NCBI RefSeq assembly: GCF_018350175.1
Contig: NC_058382.1
Span: 61,692,001 to 61,756,000, forward strand
DNA from: Felis catus
Taxonomy: Eukaryota
Direction of reading: 5' to 3'
DNA length: 64,000 nucleotides
In this document: piece after piece, positions 1 through 11,735 of the stretch
Layout of the letters: every line of letters starts with the position of its first letter
Numbering within the stretch: the first letter of the stretch is position 1
Position numbers and translations under genes: made by a program
The notes under the pieces: generated by a model
Told to the model about the DNA's origin: nothing
Database searches by the model: none
Seen by the model: only the letters and a program-made list of their open reading frames with translations

Positions 1-800
1 TTTTAATTTCCTCTTTAACTTCTTGGTTAGCCCATTCATTCTTTAGTAGGATGTTCTTTAGTCTCCAAGTATTTGTTACCTTTCCAAATTTTTTCTTGCA
101 GTTGATTTCGAGTTTCATAGTGTTGTGGTCGGAAAGTATGCATGGTATGATCTCGATCTTTTTGTACTTGATTTGTGTCCCAGTATGTGGTCTATTCTGG
201 AGAATGTTCCATGTGCACTGGAGAAGAACGTATATTCTTCTGCTTTAGGATGAAATGATCTGAATATCTCTGTTAAGTCCATCTGGTCCAGTGTGTCATT
301 CAAAGCCATTGTCTTCTTGTTGATTTTTTGATTAGATAATCTGTCCATTGCTGTGAGTGGGGTGTTGAAGTCTCCTACTATTATGGTATTACTATAGATG
401 AGTTTCTTTATATTTATGATTAATTGATTTCTATATTTGGGTGCCTCACATTTGGTGCATAAATGTTTACAATTGTTAGGTCTTCTTGGTGGATAGACCC
501 CTGGATTATGATATAATGCCCTTCTGCATCTCTTGATACAGTCTTTATTTTAAAATCTAGATTGTCTGATATAAGTGTGGCTACTCTGGCTTTCTTTTGT
601 TGACCATTAGCATGATAGATGGTTCTCCATCCCCTTACTTTCAATCTGAAGGTGTCTTTAGGTCTAAAGTGGGTCTCTGGTAAACAGCATATAGATGGAT
701 ATTGTTTTCTTATCCGTTCTGTTACCCTATGTCTTTTGATTGGAGCATTGAGTCCATTGACACTTAGAGTGAGTACTGAAAGATATGAATTTATTGCCAT
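1..800 (-). pseudogene. L1 ORF2p APE-endonuclease domain, frameshifted near 420
   Basis: ORF pieces 420-800 and 115-348 carry successive endonuclease motifs in different frames. Confidence 0.9.
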
Positions 801-871
801 GATGTTGCTTGTAGAGTTGGAGTTTCTGGTGGTGTTCTCTGGTCCTTTCTAATCTTTGTTGCTTTTGGTAT

Positions 872-911
<40 letters not shown>

Positions 912-1198
912 TATTTTCATCTTTTCTCCTCTGAGAGAGTCCCCCTTAAATTTTCTTGCAGGGCTGGGTTAGTGGTCACAAACTCCTTTAATTTTTGTTT
1001 GGGAAACTTTTTATCTCTTCTTCTATTTTGAATGACAGCCTTGCTGGATAAAGAATTCTTGGCTGCATATTTTTCTAATTCAGCACATTGAATATATCCT
1101 GCCACTCCTCTCTGGCCTGCCAAGTTTTGTCAAAAGGTCTGCCACAAACCTGATCTGTCTTCCCTTTTAGGTTAAGGACTTTTTTTCCCTTGCTGCTT

Positions 1199-1792
1199 TC
1201 ATGATTCTCTCCTTGCCTGGTATTTTGTGAATTTAACTATGATACGCCTTGTTGATGGTCGGTTTTTGTTGAATCTAAAGGGAGTCCTCTGTGCTTCCTG
1301 GATTTTGATGTCTGTGTCTTTCCCCAGGTTAGGAAAGTTTTCTTTTATGATTTGCTCATATAACCCTTGTACCCCTCTCTCTCTCTCTTCCTCTTCTGGG
1401 ACCCCTATGATTCTGATGTTGTTCCTTTTTAATGAGTCACTGGTTTCTCTAATTCTTAAATCGTGCTCTTTTGCCTTAATCTCCCTCTTTTTTTCTGCTT
1501 CATTATTCTCCATAAGTTTGTCTCTGTATCGCTGATTCTCCATCCTTGCTGCCGCTGCATCCATCCATGATTGCAGCTCAGTTATAGCATTTTTTATTTT
1601 ATCCTGACTAGTTTTTACTTCTTTTATCTCTGCAGAAAGTGATTCTAATCTATTTTCAACTCCAGCTAGTATTCTTATTATCATGATTCTAAATTCTGGT
1701 TCAGACATCTTGCTTGTATCTGTGTTGGTTAAATCTCTGGCTGTCATTTCTTCGTGCTCTTTCTTTTGGAGTGAATTCCTTTGTTTCATCAT
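1199..1792 (-). pseudogene. L1 ORF1p, disrupted (C-terminal part continues out of frame to ~917)
   Basis: Coiled-coil and RRM motifs typical of ORF1p; the frame ends early. Confidence 0.9.
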
Positions 1793-1859
1793 TTTGAAGG
1801 GAGAAAAGGAATTAATGAGGTAGAAAAAATTAAAATTAAAAAAATAAAATTAAAAAATT

Positions 1860-1893
<34 letters not shown>

Positions 1894-3494
1894 GAATACG
1901 TGATGCTAGATCCTAGGTGTGTTTTGATTGTTGAAAGTGGCTTGATAGGTTAGATAAAAAAGGGGGGAAAAAAAGGAAATCGTTTGAAAACTTGAAAAAA
2001 TGAATACACTGAAGTAGATAAAATGAAATGATGGAAGTAAAATAGAATTTGAAAAAAAATTTACACAAAAGTAAAGAATATAGTAGAAAAAATTAAAGAA
2101 AAATATTTTTAATAAAAATTGAAAATAAAAATGAATTTTTTCCCTTTCTGTTTTCAAGAAAAAGAAAAGAAACAAAAAAGAGAAGAAAAAAGAAAATTGA
2201 ATAGATGGACCTGCTAACAGATTGAAATACGACTGAAATTACTTCGTTTTCCTGTAGAAGGCAGACTATGAAGCGCTTTATAGTCCATAAACCAAGCCGG
2301 TGGTGAGCCTTGTGTTCTTGAAGAGCGAAGTTGGCCCAGTTGGGCGGGGCTCGCTGTAACAGCTCCGCTCTCCACTAGATGGCGCTGCTAGCCTACTGGG
2401 GTGGAGTGTTGCAGGTAGGTGCGAATGCGCATGTGTGGGAGTGGTGAAAATAGCGCCGCCCAGCTATCCAGCCTGTTCTCCCAGATCAGCAATCGCGCAC
2501 CGGTCCTCTGTCTTCAGCTCTCATCCACTCCCTGCTTTTTCACTCTCCGTGACCAGGCCCCAGTCCGTAACTCTCTCCTGAGTTTTGTCTTAGACGTGGC
2601 TGTTTTCCCTGGCCCCTTATTTCCGAAAGATTGCGGCTTTGACCCGTTCCGCCCCTCTGCGGGAGGGTCTCACCGAGCAATGGCCGAATGAGCAATGGCC
2701 GAATGTCGGCTGCACCCAGGAGCTCCTGCTGGACCCTGCTGTTGCCGGTACCCCGAGACTGCGGCCAGGTGCCAGGCCGCCCCCAAAAAAGTTCGCGAGA
2801 CAGTGTAGCAGCAGTGTTTTAGGGACCATGGAAAATCACAACACACACGTGGCACCAGGCTTCACCCTTAATGATCTTGTTTCAGCACCAGCGAATGTGG
2901 CCGTTCTCTGGGGTCTTCTGCGACCAGGTGGCCTCAACAGTCTCTACCAAATGTTCTTCCAGCAGTGGAAGCACTTTTTCCCGTGTGGCCCAAGAACCTC
3001 CCGGACTCCACTCTGCTCCTGGGGATTCACACTTCCGACCCGAGCACCACCAGGTATGGAGCTGTGGAGTTTCAGACTCTGCATTCCCCTTGTTTACCGT
3101 CTTAATGGAATTTAAACCCTCGCCTTTCTCCTTTTTTAGTTCAGTCCCTGCGGCTGTTTCTAATCTTCCGCTTTCTCTCCAGCTGCTTTTGGGGAAGGGT
3201 GCTTTTCCCGTATTCTCCCCCCTCCCCAGTCTCCGTCCTCTCTCTGCCCGCAGAAGCACCTCCCTTCCCGCGGTTTCTCTCTCCCCCAGTTCAGCTCTCC
3301 GCGCCACATCCCTGCTGAATTCTGTGGTTCAGGTTGTGCAGATTGTTGTGTTAGTCCTCCAGTCAGTTTTCTAGGTGTGCAGGATGGTTTAGTGTTGGTC
3401 TGGCTGTATTTCATGCATGCAAGACACACAAAAAACTTCCATGCTGTGCCGCCATCTTGGCTCCCTCCCTCCCCTTCTTGTTTTGTTTGTTTGT

Positions 3495-3733
3495 TTGTTT
3501 TTGTTTATTTTTTTATGTTTGAGAGAGAGAGCAAGCGAGAGCGAGTGCAAGGATGTGCATGTGCGCATAAGCGGGGAAAGGGCAGAAAGAGAGAGGGAGA
3601 GAGAGAATCCCAAACAGGCTCAGGACTGCCAGCAAGGAGCCCAACGTGGGGCTTGAACTCTCCAACCATGAGATCATGACCTGAGCCGAGATCAAGAGTC
3701 TGACACTTAACTGACTGAGCCGCCCAGTTGCCT
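3495..3733 (-). mobile_element. CAN-SINE (tRNA-derived carnivore SINE)
   Basis: Reverse complement of GGGCGGCTCAGTCAGTTAAG...(CT)n...AAATAAA tail; boundaries approximate. Confidence 0.85.
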
Positions 3734-4333
3734 ATCTTTTTGTTTCTCTCTCTCTTTTTGATAGTTTATCTTCAGTTTATCTGGGGGAATGGGGAGTAGA
3801 TGGTTCCAGGTCCCTGTGACCACTCTGAAGACCACTGTGGCTCAGGGGACCTGGCTTCCTGCCTCTAGGGGTAAAGCAACAGTTCTAAGCATAAGGGAAG
3901 GGAGACAAATGTCTCAGATGAGACGACTGCTCAGGCATTGCTCAGAATGACTCTGGAGGCCTGAGCCCTCTATTCTTGAGCCTCCTGTTCTCTCCCCACT
4001 TCCTGTCCCACTCACCCCTTCTCAGTGCTTCTGGGGCCCCTCCCACTTTTGGAGGAACCCAAATGAAGACCCCTGTCCCAGTTTAGCTCTCTGAAAACAT
4101 CCCAGGTTAGTGTTTTTCTGGGGAAAAGCTGTTAATTACGCAGCATTTCTGAGGTCCAGGGTGATGGCATGGCTGTTTTGATGCAAGGACCGGGGGGACC
4201 CCCATCTCAGTAGAAGGCCCCCACTGGGAAACTGCCTTCCTGGTGTGAGGAGTGTGGTGTCTGCTCCTGTCTTGGTTCAGGGTGGACAGAGCCAATCGAT
4301 CACGGCGGCCACCTCCTTAGAACTCACACCTAC

Positions 4334-4516
4334 CTTGGCTGTTTTCAAAAGGCCATTGTTGGTCTCCGGGTCCGTGGTGACAGTGTAGAGGCCTGCTCTG
4401 TCATTCAGGATGGAAAACACTGCCTTCCCTGCTGGAGAGCCTGGGGCATCTTCTCTCTTCACCTTCAGTCTCAGTATGCCTGCATCCACCTTGTTTTCAA
4501 ACACCTGGCCCGTGTA
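4334..4516 (-). pseudogene. Cadherin-like exon (exon 9 equivalent)
   Basis: ttgcag|YTGQVFENKVDAGILRLKVKREDAPGSPAGKAVFSILNDRAGLYTVTTDPETNNGLLKTAK|gtaggt; 183 nt. Confidence 0.92.
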
Positions 4517-7500
4517 CTGCAAGAGAAGGACACAGACACTCATTCCTGACATCCTGTGTGGGGACCTGGGAAGCAGCCTGTGGCAGCCTCAAGGGATCTT
4601 CAGCAGGATGGGCCATGGTAGAAGGGTCTTTTCTTGAAGCGGGTGTCTGTTGGCCTGAGCGACAGTGAGGGGCACCTGCAAAGGCCCTGCTCGGTACCCT
4701 GGATGTGTGCGTCAGCGGTGGGGCTTCCAACAGCTCAGTGTCTACTTCCACTCTGTGCCAAAGGGACGGGAAAGGTGAAACCGTGTCTCCTAGCTCCTGA
4801 AGCTTGGATCCCAAAGTGTGCATCAGCCGAGGAGGATATGTCCCCATGGCCAAGTGCAGCCATTCTGGGCTCTGTTCTCAGGTTGCAGCCACCGTGAGAA
4901 GCTCCTCAGATCCCAGCTGAGGCCATTAGCCCCGCAGGCTCAGGAGCCAAGCGAGAAGTTGGACCTAGAGTGGCTCCTCCAGCCTGTCCCCCGCACCTCG
5001 CTGTCAGGTCCCTTCTGACTCAGTCTCCATGGGGAGCAAGTGTCTCTGTCTTACATCTTGCACACGAGACTGTTAGGAGGGCTCTGCTGGAACACCTTCC
5101 AGGCTCAGGTGTGACCCTGACTCCAGCCCTAGTCACCTTGGGAGGGACGCTGGGTTTATTGCCCAGGACTCTGTGGATGATATGGTAACGTCTACAACTG
5201 TCTCTGCATTTCGGTTATAGGGAATTCAGGCATGTGAGCCTCTGCTGTTCTCTCTGTCTCTTTGTATCCTGGCATACCTGTCTTGGGAACAAAGGACAGA
5301 GAAGGATGGGCTTCCTAATTGTAGCACATCCAGCAATGGGTTCAAAAGAATTAACTCAATTATTTTTCGGATACATCTTCCAGAGTAGAGACAGTGTTCT
5401 CTCTCTGAGGTCAGACTGGTTCCAATTCCAGCCCATGAATGAATTCCTATCAGCACCTTCCTATACATTATTTACTGTGGTCCTCATATACCCCCAGAGG
5501 ACAAAATCACTGCCCCCCCTTCCATAGATGATAAACACAGGGAGGTCAGACAACTTCTTCTCCATTCAACAAGGCTAACTGATCTGTATTGCTGTCAGGG
5601 TAGCACCAGTGGGAGCAGACAGACCCTAATCTGTACTGCAGTTTAGGAGACCAGGGCTACTATCACCTCTGATTTTGGGGAGGGGCACAGAAACACTAAG
5701 GTCACAGCTACAGGACTGAGAAGGGGATGCTTGGGACCTAAATCCAAGGCCCACTGCCTTGAGCACATCCCTGGACTTTATGCCAAGGGTCTGGCCCATC
5801 TCCCCTGAGAGAAAGCAGCTCAGAGCCTGGGGCTCTAGACACCCAGGTGACCACCCTGTCACCATTCCCAGTGGCCTGAGCAGAGCCAGCCCATGGAATC
5901 CAGACCCCATGTCCCTGGGCTTAAGCCAGGTGACCACCAAACAGGTAGGCCTTGGTTAAACCCTTCAAGGCCTGCAGGCTTTGCCTGGAACCTTCCTCAT
6001 GACTCTCCTATGGCATTGGGCTGCTTGAGAGTGGGCAAGGGGGTCCAGCCTGATGGGGTCAGTGCCAGTTATTCTGTTATTCTCACTGTGTGATGCCCTG
6101 CTCTGTAATCCCTGCTACCTAAACAAATTCCAGCCAGGGGTGGCCGCATACCACGTTCTGGCTGGTGAGGTCAAAGTGCAAGTCTACCTGGTGGAGGTTA
6201 TGGTAAAAAGACACCCGGCATCGCTCTTGATCTCTTCCTTCCCTCTTCTAACTGGATCAGTGGTCTGGTTTAGCAGCCACCATGAAGACAAAACTCACAA
6301 GCTAAGGAAGATGGAACAAAAAGAAGGAATCTGTGTCCCTGTGTTGCCGCTTGGTGTGCCCGGAAGCTGGGGCCTTCTGTGTCTGGATTGTGTTACATAG
6401 AGCAATAAACCCGTCATGGTTTTAAGCCAATCCTGTTGACTTTTCTGGGTGTGTAGATGAAAGGATGTCTGCCCCAGGAGGTTGAAATCATGCAGGTAAA
6501 ATGTGTAGACATAAACTGCTCAGTAACTTGGAACTGACAGTTGTTCTTGGTTGGTCTGCACCCTGAGCAGGTACAGATACCTTCTGTTTCCCAGTGAGAC
6601 ACTCCTGGTGTGACTGCTGCCTGAGTTAGCACTGAGAGCTGGGAGGTTCCTGCCCTACCCTGAGCCACTGGAGAGGCCCACATGGGACTGCTCACTGGGG
6701 CCCCACTGAGACACCGCCCTTATCACAGGAAGGATGCCTGTGCCCTGCCCCCGGCTCCACACCCTGTCTAGAGAGTCCTCTCAGGCCATTGCGATGGGGA
6801 TTTGTGGTTGGAACGCAGAGACTTTGATTCCATTCCAATTGTTGCCTCAACTGAGAATACATAAAGGCACCTGGGACCTTCCTTCCTTGAGGAAATATCG
6901 AGGCGGCATCGCCAGGTGCACTGACGGGACACAAAGTGGCAAGAGGAAGGGACAGTCCCAAAGACCTGAACAAGTACAACAATCAAGATGGTGAGATGAG
7001 CTGAGAATGAGCTTTGGCAGGGGGTGGCAGGCAATGGGTTTGAGTGTGGTCTTCTCCGAGGAGGAGGGAAGTGCTGAGACAAGGGCATGACTGGCATGTT
7101 GAAAGACCAGCAAGGAAGCACAAAGGCCGGAGCTCAGGGAGGGCCAGTTGAGTAGTGAGGCCAGGGGGATGGGCAGGGGCTTGAGGGCCACAGGAGGGTC
7201 ATGTGTCCCCTGGGAGAATTTCATCTCCCCAAGACCCGGAGTTTTTGTCTGTGTCATCACAGATGTCCCCATGCCTGGGACAGGACCTGGCCACAAGTAG
7301 GTACGAAGTAAGTGTCCAATGGTTGAAGAGATATAATGACTACGCACATATGCACAGAGAGAGTCAGGCTGCAGAGTGAGAATTAAACAGATGTATAAAG
7401 ATGAGACAGTGTGAGGGAGAGGGACAGACAGACAAGGTGACTTGGATTCCTAGGGGTTTCCAGACACTGTTTTCTAGCCCTCATAAGGCTCAGCTGCCCC

Positions 7501-7790
7501 CAAGCCTGTCCGTCCCCCACTCTGTTTCTTTACAATAAACTCCCTCTATCCTTTTGCTCATCCAAGTGTCCTGTACCGCATGTCCTCAAAGAATCCCTGT
7601 GTCAGTTCCTGCCACCTGGGCCCGAGGGCTCTTTATTCTTAACCAGTGGGATGGGGCTCCCCGTGAACGATTGTGCCCCTAGGACAATGACATCTTGTCT
7701 GTGTCATGGACTCTGTCTTTCACACTCATCTGCCCATCTGAGTCACCACCTGGCCCAGAGCAAGCAGCCCTTTCCCTGGGACAGGGAGAG

Positions 7791-8691
7791 TTTCACCTTG
7801 GCTCACCACTCAAAGAAGCAAACTTTGGTGAATTCAGATCATCCCCTCCCAATACTGACCCATATACTGACAGTTTCCTGGATTGGGATCTGATCAATAT
7901 ATTCCCACTCCCAGCACTACACCTGGGAGTCCTGGGTCTCCTTCCGTTACGTGTGCAACACTTATGGGGGCGGGGGATGCTTGTATTTTCCTATTTTCAT
8001 CAGAGAATGTGGTCCAGAGCGTTCTCAAACACAGCCAGGCTGAGGCTTGAATCATGACACTGCTTGTCAACACAGTGACACATAATTCACTGTAGAACAT
8101 AGGTCACGAGACATCCATTGACTTTGGCTGGACTTACAAAGTTGGGCTGAAGCCGGGAGGGTTAGCATTGCTGTGGGTGACTGTGATCACAGCTGTCCCT
8201 GTAGATCTTAAGCCTTCACCTTGGAGGTCAGCAGCTTGAATTGTCAGGGTGTATACGGAAGCGATCTGCAGACAAGCAGGTGGCAGTCAGCACTGGGGAT
8301 TATAGATGCAGGTTTGGCTCATCTACCCAGTGGCACCCAGAGAGTAAATGTGGAATGCCTGAGGCAGCAAACCTGGTGGACCCTCCCTTCCAGTAAATGA
8401 CTGGCTCCCAGGAGCGACGGTCCTGTCAGGCACTCAAGAAGAGGCTGACATGCTGCCCCATACCTCAGCTTTCACCTTGGCTCACCACTCGGAGAAGTCA
8501 ACTTCGGTAAATTCGGACCATCCTCTCCCAAAACTGACCCAGGAGGAAAGTTTCCTGGATTGGGATTTGATCAATATATTCCCACTCCCAGCACTACACC
8601 TGGGAGTCCTGGGTCCCCTTCAGTTATGTGTGCAACACTTATGGGGGCGGGGGATGCTTGTATTTTTCTATTTTCACCAGAGAATGTGGTC
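7791..8691 (+). repeat. Pair of ~220-bp direct repeats (7791-8014 and 8470-8691) flanking cadherin exon 8
   Basis: TTTCACCTTGGCTCACCACTC...CAGAGAATGTGGTC present twice; about 16 substitutions plus one small indel region by eye. Confidence 0.95.
8138..8265 (-). pseudogene. Cadherin-like exon (exon 8 equivalent), 1 nt short
   Basis: ctgcag|[42 protein letters not shown]+TT|gtaagt; 128 nt; absent from the ORF track. Confidence 0.9.
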
Positions 8692-9111
8692 TGAATCCCT
8701 GGGAAACAGAATCATTTCATCAGTTACAGGAACTGCCTTGTGGCTCACATTTCTAATTCACCCCAGTGATACCTTAGGGCTTGCTATAGGCCCAGGGCTC
8801 AAAGTCAGCCAGGCGGGAGGGTTGGCGGGGGGGGGGGGGGGGGGGGGGGCATCAGCGGGAACCCTGTCTGTGGCAGATAGATGCCTCTTCTGATTGGTTG
8901 GTTCATGGTCTAACAGTCAGGAGTCTGTTCTGATTGGTTGAGTGCCTATTCTGAGCGGCTGGGAACCTGTTCTGATTGGCTGGTGTCTGCTCCGATTGGC
9001 TCACGTTTGTTCTGATTAGTCAGTGTTTGTTCTGACTTGTGCCCGAGCCTTACCAGCTGGGACAAATGTACATTTGACTGCACCACCCGGTAGCCCCTCT
9101 TGACCCCTGAC

Positions 9112-9292
9112 CTGTTGGTCCAACCCAGAAGTGAGCACAGCGATGATTCCTGTGTCCTGGTTGATGGTGAGCATGTTGGGGTGAGGCACCGAGGGGTCTT
9201 GGCTGAGGTCTTGGCCGAGGGGTCAGTGGCCGTATTGTAGGTGTTCTCATGGTCATCTGCGTCCCTTGCTGTGATTTGCATCACGGAGGTTC
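9112..9292 (-). pseudogene. Cadherin-like exon (exon 7 equivalent), frameshifted
   Basis: GTSVMQITARDADDHENTYNTAT, then in a shifted frame LSQDPSVPHPNMLTINQDTGIIAVLTSGLDQQ|gtcagg; 181 nt (+5). Confidence 0.9.
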
Positions 9293-9733
9293 CTGCAAGG
9301 ACAAAGGGGAGAAGAGTTGATGATCTCAACAGCTAACAACTGGCAGGGCAATACAAATTAACACAGAAATCTAAAATTAAATGTGTTCTTTTTTTGGTCT
9401 ATTCACTATACAGGTGACAAAAGTACTTATCAAGTGGTATAAGTTCTAGTTCAAATAATTCACCAAATTATTATAATAATTTACAAATGATTTGTTTACT
9501 TTTTCCAGAAATCTTTAGGGCGTCCTTTAAAATTTTTTTTAGTTATTTTTCTTTTTAAAGATGTATTTATTTATTTAAGTAATCTCTACACCCAACGTGG
9601 GGCTTGAACTCAAGACCCCAACCGAGAACAAGAGTCGCTCATTCCGCTGACTGAGCCAGCCAGGTGCCCCAGGGCATCTTTTAAAAAAATGTATTTTATT
9701 TTATTTTCTAAGTTTTTATTTCAATTCCAGTTA

Positions 9734-9930
9734 GGGGCACCTGGGTGGCTCAGTCGGTTAAGCGTCAGACTTCGGCTCAGGTGATGATCTCGCTGTTTGT
9801 GAGTTTGAGCCCGGCGTCAGGCTCTGCGCTGACAGCTCGGAGCCTGGAGCCTGCAGCCTGCTTTGGATTCTGTGTCTCCCTCTCTCTCTGCCCCTCCCTG
9901 ACTTGTGCTCTGTCTCTCTCGGTCTATCAA

Positions 9931-9969
<39 letters not shown>

Positions 9970-9996
9970 ATGTAATAAAAAAAATTTAACAAAAAT
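9734..9996 (+). mobile_element. CAN-SINE inserted into an L1 3'-end fragment
   Basis: GGGGCACCTGGGTGGCTCAGTCGG head, (TAAA)n tail, AATTCCAGTTA duplicated on both sides. Confidence 0.9.
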
Positions 9997-11590
9997 AAAT
10001 TCCAGTTAGTTAAAATACAGTGTAGTATTAGTTCCAAGTGTACAATATAGTCATTCAAAAATTCCACACCTCCCCTGGTACTTATCTCGACAAGTGCAGT
10101 CCTTAATCCCCGTCACCTATTTAACCCATCCCCCACCCCGCTCCCCTCTGGTAACCAGCAGTGTGTTCTCTGTAGTTAAGTCTGTTTCTTGGTTTGCCTC
10201 CCTCTCTCTTTTGTCTTTAGGGCATCTTTTGACATGGCTGTCGCTGTGGGATCTTGTCCCTCATTAACATGATACTTCAGGGTGCTGAGATGTTATTAGG
10301 TGCTCAAGGGGAGGGTCAGGTGACCATTTCATATCTCATCTTTCCAGCTGTTCTACTGATCTCAGGCTTCTTGTGTCATTCTTCCTTCCCTGCCATTGTC
10401 AGGGGAGTCCCGTCTGGCCACTGGCCACACATCTGAGCTAGAGCCAAGCACGTAAGCCAGATGGAGGGAAGTGGTGAGAGAGTGGACAAAGGCAGGTGGG
10501 GGCAGTGTGTCATGGTAGCTAGAACCAAGCCTCTAGAGTTTGGTCCGCTGAGAGAACCTGAAACAGACCTGTCCCCTACGTGGGTGATCAGGAGACAGCT
10601 AGTGCTGGCCAGTGAGCCATGGTTTGTGGTAGGGCCAAAGGCAGCACGAAGATAGAAAATACAGAGAAGAGGAGGAAGAAAGCATTAGTGGCTGTTATGG
10701 CGGGCCAGAAGGGAGAAGAAAGCATCCATCATAATGTCATTTCACATGAAATACCCTGTGATTTTTCGGCTTCATTTATCTTCAGTCCCAAAGAATGAGG
10801 ACCTCAACATCCATTCCCAAAATGTCCGGTTGGAAGTTGTGAGCATGTGGTCCTGTCAGTGTTGCCTATGATGCCGTCATGGGATCCACAGGTTTAGTGT
10901 CATGTCTGGAAGTGTAACAGCTCCTCGATGTGTGAGTAAGAGCCTGTTGAAACCAGAGTGGCCCCCTAATCAAGAATAATCAGTCAGATCCGTGTTTGTA
11001 GGAGCATGTATTAGGAAATATGTAGGGAGAAATGGAAACTGACGCAGAAAGGGTGTGTCGAGGGAGCTATGAAGTGAGAACGGCCACAAGGGGAGGAGGG
11101 TCTGCCAGTGGCACCAGTTACAGAGATGCGGAGACCAGCAAATGCAGACAGGACATAGAGACAGGATTGAGGCAACCAGTGAGCATCACCTGGACAGTAG
11201 CAGACCCATGATTCCTGGACTTCCTTGGCCCCAAAAGGACCTTCTTGCTTTGTGGTCCCTGTTGGCCCCTCTTTGTGGGATCCTTTCCACCTGTAGCCCT
11301 CCCCAGTCCCGACTTTTTTGAGCAAGCCTGAGAGGGTTTCTATTGCTTGAAACCCCACCCTAAAAAAATAAGAAAATAAAAAAAAGAAGAAAGAAAGAAA
11401 GAAGAACAAGTCATTGCAGTCCTTGATCTGTCCCTTCCAATCTCCAAGTGGAAACTTTCCATGCACTGGAGCCCAGGGTGTGGATTCGTAAGATCGCCTC
11501 TGGTTTTTACACTTTAGTTTCCCAGATTCTTTGTATCTCCCCTGATTTTACTGCCATGTGTCACTAAAGCCCTCCATTGTTCAAACTAAC

Positions 11591-11735
11591 CTGGGTGGGC
11601 TCTTTCCATCACAGACGCCTCAAAGACCACCCGGGTGAATTCAGGCTTGTTGTCATTCGGGTCTACCACTGTGATCACAGTCTCCGTAGGCTCTTCCACA
11701 GCATTCCCAGTCGAAGACGCAGCATGAAAGAAAAG
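11591..11735 (-). pseudogene. Cadherin-like exon (exon 6 equivalent)
   Basis: ttcag|[48 protein letters not shown]|gttagt; 145 nt; HAV reads HAA, DxNDNxP intact. Confidence 0.92.

Larger units (their letters stand above)
1..3474 (-). mobile_element. LINE-1 (carnivore/felid type), 5' half of a full-length element: 5'UTR, ORF1 and start of ORF2; runs off the left edge
   Basis: Minus-strand 5' end GGGGAGGGAGGGAGCCAAGATGGCGG with YY1 core (plus GCCATCTT 3451-3458); CpG-rich 5'UTR; ORF1p-like peptide at 1199-1792 (RNNIRIIGVPEEEE, ENFPNL); ORF2p endonuclease start at 800 (LSVNGLNAPIKRHRV, CCLPETHF, FSRIDHILGHK). Both ORFs are broken by frameshifts. Confidence 0.95.

Noticed and set aside
9745..9933. 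Recurrent MAQSVKR.../MAQLVK... small ORFs throughout the window
   Set aside because: Translations of CAN-SINEs, often from GTG starts
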